From Octopus sinensis (lineage: Eukaryota): 64,000 bases of DNA. Shown here piece by piece: positions 54,133 through 64,000 of this stretch. The stretch covers positions 86,428,001 to 86,492,000 of the forward strand of contig NC_043001.1 in assembly GCF_006345805.1 (NCBI RefSeq), given 5' to 3'. The translations under genes were made by a program, and so were the position numbers. Under the pieces are notes generated by a model. That model searched no databases. It saw only the letters and a program-made list of their open reading frames with translations, and was not told the origin of the DNA. The number at the start of each line of letters is the position of its first letter. The stretch's first letter is position 1.

Positions 54133-57052
54133 CATACATACATACATACATACATACATACATGCATTCATACATACATACATACATACATTCATACATA
54201 AATACATACATGCATACATACATACATACATACATACATTCATACATACATACATTCATACATACATACATATATACATACATTAATACATACATACATA
54301 CATACATACATACATACATACATACATTCATACATACATACATATATACAGTCATACATACATACATACATATATTCATACATACATACATACATTCATA
54401 CATACATACATACATACATTCATACATACATACATACATACATTCATACATACATACATACATACATACATTCATACATACATATATACATACATATATA
54501 CATACATTCATACATACATACATATATACAGTCATACATACATACATACATACATACATTCATACATACATACATACATGCATACATACATACATACATA
54601 CATTCATGCATGCATACATGCATACATGCATACATACATACGTACATACATACATACATACATTCATACATACATACATACATACATTCATACATACATA
54701 CATACATACATACATACATACATTCATACATACATACATACATACATACATACATACATACATTAATACATACATACATACATACATACATACATTCATA
54801 CATACATATATACACACATATATACATACATTCATACATACATACATACATACATATATACAGTCATACATACATACATACATACATACATTCATACATA
54901 CATACATACATGCATACATACATACATACATACATTCATGCATGCATACATGCATACATGCATACATGCATACATGCATACATACATACGTACATACATA
55001 CATACATACATGCATGCATACATACATTCATACATACATACATACATTCATACATACATACATACATACATACATTCATACATACATATATACATACATA
55101 CATTCATACATACATACATACATACATACATACATACATACATACACACATACATTCATACAAACATACATATTCATACATACATACATGCATACATACA
55201 TACATACATTCATACATACATACATGCATACATGCATACATGCATACATACATACATACATTCATACATACATACATACATTCTTACATACATACATACA
55301 TACATTCATACATACATACATATATACATTCATACATACATACATACATTCATACATACATACATGCATACATACATACATACATACATACATTCATCCA
55401 TGCATACATGCACACATGCATTCATACATACATACATACATACATACATACATACATACATACATTCATACATACATACATACATACATTCATACATACA
55501 TATATACATACATTCATACATACACACATACATACATACATACACACATACATTCATACATTCATACATACATACATGCATACATACATACATACATACA
55601 TACATTCATCCATGCATACATGCACACATGCATTCATACATACATACATGCATACATACATCCATACATACATACATACATACATTCATACATACATACA
55701 TACATTCTTACATACATACATACATACATACATTCATACATACATACATATATACATTCATACATACTTACATACATACATTCATACATACATACAAACA
55801 TTCATACATACATACATACATACATGCATGCATACATACATACACACATACATTCATGCATACATACATACATACATACATACATACATACATACATACA
55901 TTCATACATACATACATACATACATTCATACATACATATATACATACATTCATACATACACACATACATACATACATACACACATACATTCATACATACA
56001 TACATACATTCATACATACATACATTCATGCATACATACATGCATACATACATACATACATGCATACATACATACATGCATGCATGCATACATACATACA
56101 TACATACATTCATACATGCATACATGCATACATACATACATACATACATTCATGCATACATACATGCATACATGCATACATGCATACATGCATACATGCA
56201 TACATACATACATTCATACATGCATACATACATACATACATTCATACATACATACATACATTCATACATACATACATACATACATTCATACATACATATA
56301 TACATACATATATACATACATTCATACATACATACATACATACATATATACAGTCATACATACATACATACATACATTCATACATACATACATACATGCA
56401 TACATACATACATACATACATTCATGCATGCATACATGCATACATACATACGTACATACATACATACATACATACATACATACATACATTCATACATACA
56501 TATATACATACATACATTCATACATATATACATACATATACACATTCATACATAAATATATACATACATTCATACATACACACATACATACATACATACA
56601 TACACACATACATTCATACATACATACATACATTCATACATACATGCATACATACATACATACATTCATGCATACATACATGCATACATACATACATACA
56701 TGCATACATACATACATGCATGCATGCATACATACATACATACATTCATACATACATACATGCATACATACATACATACATACATTCATGCATACATACA
56801 TACATGCATACATGCATACATGCATACATGCATACATACATACATTCATACATGCATACATACATACATACATACATTCATACATACATACATACATACA
56901 TACATACATACATACATACATACATACTTGCATACATACATACATTCATTCATACATAAATACATACATACATACATGCATACATACATACATACATACA
57001 TACATACATACATACATACATACATACATACATACATACATACATACATACA
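54093..57052. repeat. About 3-kb variant (CATA)n microsatellite in the last intron
   Basis: CATA with CATT, CATG and CACA variants; source of the spurious 797/824/673-aa ORFs. Confidence 0.95.
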
Positions 57053-57196
57053 TAGACAGACAGACAATTTGTTTTCAATCTTGAATTAATCTTCAAAACC
57101 TTATTAAAGAAAAACATTTAAGATTAATTAATTCCAAAAACTATTATACTGTAAAGATAAATAAATATTTTGTTGACACGTTTTTTTTTATTTCAG

Positions 57197-57369
57197 GTGA
57201 TTATGTAACCGAATTCCAATGCATTGAAAAGCCCCCAAATCTGATGGTGTTGTCTAACAAAGCAGGATTATATAATGAAGTCATTTACCTAACCCCTACT
57301 GGAAGTTTATCCTATTGTTTTACGAGGTTTGACACTGATCGCATGTGTAATGACAATCTACCCATTTAG
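57197..57369 (+). CDS. Terminal coding exon (SDYVTEFQCIEKPPNLMVLSNKAGLYNEVIYLTPTGSLSYCFTRFDTDRMCNDNLPI*)
   Basis: tttcag acceptor in phase 1, open to TAG at 57367-57369, AATAAA 43 nt downstream. Confidence 0.85.
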
Positions 57370-57412
57370 AATTGTTATGGTATAGAAATATCTGAAATTG
57401 ATAACAGGCAAC

Positions 57413-57418
57413 AATAAA
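57413..57418 (+). terminator. Putative polyadenylation signal AATAAA
   Basis: Canonical hexamer shortly after the stop codon; AT-rich context lowers specificity. Confidence 0.55.
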
Positions 57419-57720
57419 TATATATAAATTGTATACACTACTAGTTATTATATATTTAGATATTCCATTGAATTGTTTTACGTACATATATTAGATTTAA
57501 TAGTTAATAAAATAATTATAGAACGATTCTACATACATATTGTGAGTTCATATCTTTGAAATCGTTACATGGATCTGATGGACGGAGTACATTTTTCTAC
57601 AAATGTTTGTTCCGAATCATATTTAAAGCAGAAGAATGTGTACCAGTCATTCATGTTTTCCAACTGTCCAATAAACATCTTTTGAAATTATCGTTTAAAG
57701 TTGTTGTTGTTGTTGTTGTC

Positions 57721-57753
<33 letters not shown>

Positions 57754-57762
57754 GCTGTTGTT

Positions 57763-58122
57763 GAGCGAAGCGGTATTCGTCCCAGAGTGGGAGAAGTCCG
57801 AAACGTGGTCCTTTGCTATTCGTAAGACCCGCAGAAGAGAAAGCAGGTCAACCCCCGACACCGAGAGCATCGACGGATGGATGAATGTGCATCCAGGCTC
57901 AGCGGTTGCGTAGGAAGTCGGGGATAAGAAACAGGAAGAAAGAGTGGGAGAAGGTTGGGGCGAAAGAGTACAGCAGGGGTCGCCACCACCCCCTGCCGGA
58001 GCCTCGTGGAGCTTTAGGTGTTTTCGCTCAATAAACACACACAACGCCTGGTCTGGGAATCGAAACCGCGATCCTCCGACCGCCAGTCCGCTGCCCTAAC
58101 CACTGGGCCATTGCGCCTCCAC
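57763..58122 (-). mobile_element. Second-family tRNA-head SINE flanked by (GTT)n
   Basis: Head reverse complement ...cctaaccactgggccattgcgcctccac. Confidence 0.8.
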
Positions 58123-58994
58123 TGTTGTTGTTGTTGTTGTTGTGTTGTTGTCGTCGTCGCCGCCGCCGCCATCGTTGTCGTCGTCGTCAATGTCACCATC
58201 GTCGTCAAAACTAGAACGCCTTTGATACGAGGCAAATTATCTAATCGATAATTTATCTAATCATCTAATCGATAGTCAAGTGTTTCAACCATGGTCATCA
58301 TGTGTTCCTTCGAATATATTACATCTACGAATAGTAGATTGCATCTACTATTCAATGAGTCCTTTCATTTATCTAGTTGGTTGGGATTTGAGGGGGACTG
58401 AGCCCTGCGTGTAACATCTTGTGCGACCACGTAGAAGTTACCTTGTTTAGTTCACCATAATTTAGAATTACTTCTAGATGTAGATTATACATTTTCAACC
58501 TACAGAGTCCAACAGATAATCTGCTACTCTCTCGACAAAATCGAAATTGTTACTAGCCTATTACTCAGATACACATATATACACATATACACTTAACGCA
58601 TACTCGCGCACTTATACACACACGCATCCCAAGAATCATTCCTGTATCGCGCTCTTGCCATGAAAACCACAATCAACCCTTACACTTTCAGTTCGTCAGA
58701 AGTCGAACGTGGGAACTTACCCACGTACATTTTTTATGTCCTAGATCACTCCTCTCTGCTCTTCTCTCAACCTCCTCTCTTTTTTTTTTTTTTTTTTTTT
58801 GTTTCTCCTGAACTTTCCTCTAGGATCCGACGAAGAACGATGTTAAAGAAGTTATACTTTAACTCTGTAACTCTTTCCTTTCTTGAGCGTCAACTAATAT
58901 TAGCTATGAACGCTCTTCGGTCTCTTTTTTGTTATTCGTATTTATTTTGTTCTACACTGATTAAACCTGACTTTAATACGCCAGCAAACTGTTA

Positions 58995-59215
58995 AGGCGG
59001 TAAGCCGGCAGAATCGTAAGCATGCCGAGCAAAATATTCTTGTAGCAATTCGTCCGTCATTATGTTCTGAGTTCAAATTCCGCCGAGGTCGATTTTGCCT
59101 TTCATTCTTTCCGGACAGATAAAATAAGTACAAGTTGAGCACTGGGGCCGATGTGATCGACTAACCCTCTCTCCTGAACTTACTGGCCTTGTGCCAAAAT
59201 TTGAAACCAATATAC
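58995..59215 (+). mobile_element. Third SINE-like family
   Basis: ggcggtaagccggcagaatcg...gagttcaaattccgccgagg (B-box-like). Confidence 0.55.
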
Positions 59216-59667
59216 TAGCAAACAGTATTTTTCTTTTCTCTGTAGTAGACATCCAAAACATTCATTGACACAAATACGTTAGTGATCCATCCAGCAGCCA
59301 CTCATGAATTGTGGTCGGATTTTCTCGCTCTTTCTCAATAGAATCTCATCTTAGCCTCATCTCTTTAACCGAGATGGCTTTCCAAGTAACATTCACGCAG
59401 TTTGCTACATTAATCACACGCACAAAACGAAACCCATCTTCGACACTTCGAGTTAAGATGATTTGTCTCACTAATCGCTATGTTTAGTCTGACATAACAA
59501 TCAGTTCTGTGTCACTGTTATCATTTTAAAATAGCTGTCTCAGGAAGCATATCAACAGTATTTTCTCAATAACAGCTTTGTTTGCTACACCTGCTTACGC
59601 AAAAATTCGAAGTGAAAATTTATGTAATATTTGCGGTTTTGCGGTTTTAAAAATTAGAGTGGCCATT

Positions 59668-59731
<64 letters not shown>

Positions 59732-59743
59732 TTTATTTGATAT

Positions 59744-59796
59744 AACAAAAGCTGTTACTCAGAGTTTCACGTTCCCGTTCGACGGACAGTTTTGTT
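59744..59796 (-). ncRNA. Decayed minimal hammerhead ribozyme
   Basis: Minus strand: aacaaaactgt-CCGTCGA-acg(ggaa)cgt-GAAA-ctc-t-gag-TA-acagcttttgtt; stems intact, two core substitutions. Confidence 0.5.
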
Positions 59797-60034
59797 AAAA
59801 TAGAACAGAAATAACAATATGGTCGAAACTAGTTAAAGGATACACCTTTAAAAATGGATTTGTTTCATTGGTCCTTTCAGATAACGGTCTTAAGCATGCG
59901 ATAAACAAAATAGACGAAATAAATGAATTCAATATAAATTATGAATTATAAAAATAGAGGAAAAACCTTAAATCGAAGAGCGGATTCAAAAAGCATGTTT
60001 CACATTTATGTGCTTACTCCGGTATATATATATA

Positions 60035-60238
60035 TCGAGTAAAGATGCCGAGTCACAGGGGCCGGTTTTCCGGTTTCCGCAGCGTATAATTTCCCCAGCT
60101 CATTTTTGTCAGCTGAGTGGACTGGAGCAACGTGAAATGAAGTGTCTTGCTCAAGAATACAACGCGTCCAGGAATCTAAACTACAATCTTTCGATCATGA
60201 GTCCAAGACCCTAACCACTAGTCTACACGCTTCCACTA
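60035..60238 (-). mobile_element. Decayed SINE
   Basis: Reverse-strand tRNA-like head ...ccctaaccactagtctacacgcttccac. Confidence 0.5.
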
Positions 60239-60390
60239 TATATAAACAAAAACAACTGCCGCGTGGAAGGTGTTTATAAGCCATTTAAAAACAAAAAAAA
60301 ACGTTAGATTCACTTCAACATTTAAATTTAATTTGCCAAAATATTTTCGTCCCTTTCAGACCGCGACCTGATCACTGACAAATTTCGTGC

Positions 60391-60432
<42 letters not shown>

Positions 60433-61682
60433 TACCTACATATATATGTATATATACATGCATATATGGGCACAGGACATAAAACAAAACGTAGAACCCA
60501 ATGAGAAACAAAAACATAAATACAAAAACATAGAAACGCACTTTTTTTAGAACAACGAAAAAACAGAGGAACGAGACATGCAACATAAAGAATATTCCCC
60601 TTCTTCAGTTGTTCCTGTTTCATCTACTCCGCGTTTATGAGGTCAAGGACAATACGTGACTTCGTTGAAACAGTCCTTCTCGCAAAGCAAATTAAGTAAA
60701 ATTTGGGATTTTTTGCGGAGGGTGAAAGTGGTAACAAGAACAGGACAGTGAGAACAAAACAGTAAAAACCATCGGTGAGGGCTGTTAAGCCAAGACGATA
60801 GAAAAATTATTATGAACGCTAGGAAGACGAGCTTATTAGAGGAGACAGGTATAAACACGTTTTGTCTTTAGGGAGATAGTGGGCAGAAAGACAGATTCTC
60901 TTTCGTCACATGTCAGCGACAAGAGAGTCGGGGAGGAGGAGTGAGAGAGGGGGAACGGTGAAGAGGAGAGGAGAAGAATAGGGAAGAGTGGAGAGAAAAT
61001 CAGAAAGGATGAAGAACAAGAGAGGGAGATAGATAGACAGAGTAGAGGTAGTAGGATAGAAGAGTGCGCATCGTAATTATTAAGATAAAACTTACTTGGA
61101 AAAGGATGCGTGGCGTTTGATCATATAACAATATAACTAATATATAAATATATGCATATATACATACATATATGTACATACCTACATATATATGTATATA
61201 TACATACATATATGGGTATATAAGGAAAAAAGTCAAGGTAGAAAATGTTAAAATAATTTTATCATAAAAAACATTTTAGTACCGGTTTCAGTCATTGAGA
61301 CTTTTTCAACTCTAACTATGGAAAACAATTAAATTTTGGAAAAATTTAATGCGAAGTTTTTAAAAGTATATTTGCTTAGTATTCAAATACAAGGGGCATT
61401 TTCCTTGTTTCTGCTTGTCACTGTCTCTCTTGTTTACTCTTGTGGGTTCGCGGTCGTTGTGAATTCTTGGCAGACAAGAAGAAGAAGAAGAAGAAGAAGA
61501 AGAAGAAGAAGAAGAAGAAGAAGAAGAAGAAGAAGAAGAAGAAGAAGAATGCGGGGGTGGTATGATTGTAGTAGGATGTTAAATGGTCAAGTGCCCTGAA
61601 AGTGACTTGCTGTGGGTGGTAGTAGTGATTGAATTCTTGATATATATATACATATATATGTGTGTGTGTGTGTGTGTGTATG

Positions 61683-61732
<50 letters not shown>

Positions 61733-62871
61733 TGTATGTATGCATGTATGTATACAGACACACACACGCACACGAAGTTAATTGTCACATCAATACGGCT
61801 GTTCCATGTTACTACTAGTTTAACCCCCGGTATATCTTCCACCAGCTATTTATCAGTGCAGCACTGCAACTTTTACATATATATGCCAGCAGGGGAGCGA
61901 ACCCCTACCATCGTCCAGCAGACGACATGATTGTGAAACCGATTCAGCTTCGAGATAGTTTTCTCATCCTCAGTCACGAACACCAGATCGCCAGAGAGAT
62001 GGCCAGAGTCCCTCAAGCTCGCAATATATTGTAAACAAAGCGACCATCGGTCACTGATTTGCAACAATAGCGCAACCAACACATCAATTCAACCATATAT
62101 TTACAAACACCGAGAACTCTCTTAACTCAAAAAGTCATGTCGCTTTTTTTAGTGAACGGCTTGAACTCCCTAAAGAACTTAAATAAAACTCAAAGAAAAT
62201 ATACATAAAGAGAGAAAAAAATGGGAGGAGAGACAGAGACAGACAAAACTAATATTGTGTATCGTTTACAAAACAGGAACTTTCTTTAACACTGCCTGAT
62301 TCCAATATCCAACAATACTATAAAAAGAAAAGTTGTAAAAAGAAACATCGTCGATAATTTTGAGTTGATATTTCACTGTTAGTGATATCCAAAATATTCT
62401 CTGTAGAGTGAGATCTGCTTTTCGACAAAATACGTCACTGACTTTGAAGGCCACGAGTATATGATATCGCATTTAAAATGGTGGAGTAGTCATGTTTTGT
62501 AAAACGCCAGCAACAACTTTAATTAACTTTTAGGAAACAATTTTAACAACGATACAGATTTATGGACGACATGAAAACTCATCAGAGATTTGTCCCAACA
62601 TATAAACAAAACACAATTTGAAACCTCAAATTTTCACAGAAGTTCTAGGCCCCGCAAATTTCTAATCTATGATGAGGAACAAAATTCTATAACAGTGCTG
62701 ACATTGAATTTCAAGCACTAGCCATGAGAACTTTTTGACACAAGATCCCTAATTTATGTATCTATACTCTAGCGTAGTGATTGCAGTTAGTGACTATCGC
62801 TTTGTATCACCTAGTCTCTGTCTCCCTATTCCAACATCACTATGGTTGTATAGCAATCAGTTTGTTTTTAT

Positions 62872-62909
<38 letters not shown>

Positions 62910-63371
62910 TAAGATTGTTCTGTATATCAAGTTTTGGTCTTGATATTAACTCTGACGCGCACTCTTCACCTTTCTGTCCCATCCCTATTCTTTGATTTTC
63001 TTTTTCCTCTACTTAACTTGTCTCTTCCTCTCTCTCTCTCATTCTTCACTCTCTCTCTCCCCCTCATCATTCTTCATGGTTTCCTCGCAGCCATTCCCCT
63101 TCTTCTCTCCCTTCCTCTTGCTCCTCTCCCCCCTTCCGGTCGTCCACCCGCGACGATACTTCCGCTCTGACTGTCTTTCTGGCCTGGCCTTTCAAGGTAA
63201 CTGGACGACTTTCTTCCTGCTCCCCTGTCGTTCACAAAAAATTCTGCGTTTGCAATACTTTTTTCGTTCGGCGTCAACAGCCCTTCTTATCTTGTTTTTC
63301 TTATCTTGTCATTATCTTCTTATCTTGTCATTATATAATTAGGGCTTAGTAAAATACTCACGAAGGTATGG

Positions 63372-64000
63372 AAACGTTAACGTTCTCAAATAATCTTTGT
63401 ACTTGTGATATTTTTCTGTTTTTACCTCCATACCTTCATGAGTTATTTTGAGTAAACATTATCTGAGAGAAATTTTCTTTAAGTAGTGGAAATGACTAAA
63501 AAACCTTTTTTGGCTGCTATTTCTAGAAAGTTCAGTATGTGGCAAAGTAATTTATTTTACTAAGCCCTAATTATATAATGTAATATTTTGAATTCGCCTT
63601 AAATGGTCATTTTACATACTGAATACTTGGTGAAATTGATTAATAACTAATTAATTTTACCCTCAATTGTTGATATTATAATTCATTTCTCTCTGTCATA
63701 TTGCCTCGGTTCTCACCGTTAAAATATAATGTTTGCTAGATAACCCACGTGGGTGGAAGGGGAGAGCAGGGAATCTTCGCTTTCACATTTTGAATTTGTT
63801 GGTACTGGCAGTCTGAACGGGTCATCTGAGGTGATAAGTCGCCAAAGGGTATGTTCTTTCTTTTTAGTGCTTCCAAATCCAAAATAAGAAATGTTGAGCT
63901 GACGAAAGAAATGCTGAGTTTATTTGGCTAATCTAGAAACGTTAACGTTCTCAAATAATCTTTGTACTTGTGATATTTTTCTGTTTTTACCTCCATACCT
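63372..64000. repeat. Local direct repeat (about 565-bp spacing) running off the window end
   Basis: gaaacgttaacgttctcaaataatctttgtacttgtgat... at about 63372 and 63937. Confidence 0.7.

Noticed and set aside
54162-57084. 797/824/673-aa HTYI-repeat ORFs
   Set aside because: Translation of (CATA)n, which lacks stops in these frames; lies inside a canonical intron
61873-62082. Minus-strand FVTEDEK resembling a Tc1/mariner first catalytic Asp motif
   Set aside because: Single short motif, no further DDE motifs or TIRs seen
62272-62360. Possible exon after aacag (ELSLTLPDSNIQQYYKKKSCKKKHRR*)
   Set aside because: Weak pyrimidine tract and no linked exons or homology evidence

Overview
AT-rich eukaryotic DNA, almost certainly cephalopod (Octopus-like), judged from tRNA-derived SINE families, (TA/CA/GATA/CATA)n microsatellites and LINE/Penelope-like debris. 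Nearly all long ORFs in the supplied track are microsatellite or retroelement artefacts. The ORF track misses the main feature, a + strand gene spanning at least 611-57369 whose 5' end lies upstream of the window. It has about 10-15 symmetric phase-1 micro-exons of 12/15/18/24 nt, then three ordinary exons (105 nt, 267 nt, and a terminal exon with stop and AATAAA) encoding a Cys-rich domain I do not recognise. The micro-exons sit in a nested tandem-duplication array (periods about 0.22-0.27, 4.6 and 18.4 kb) that holds live, shifted-acceptor and dead paralogues. Exon sequence diverges much faster than the flanking intron. The architecture resembles schistosome micro-exon genes. The introns carry three passenger copies of one CR1/L2-group LINE, a Tx1-like LINE in (GATA)n, a GIY-YIG Penelope-like fragment with a 35-bp fold-back, Helitron and DNA-transposase fossils, and a 1.07-kb palindrome with two intact-looking hammerhead ribozymes. 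All calls were made by eye, without alignment tools, database searches or expression data.
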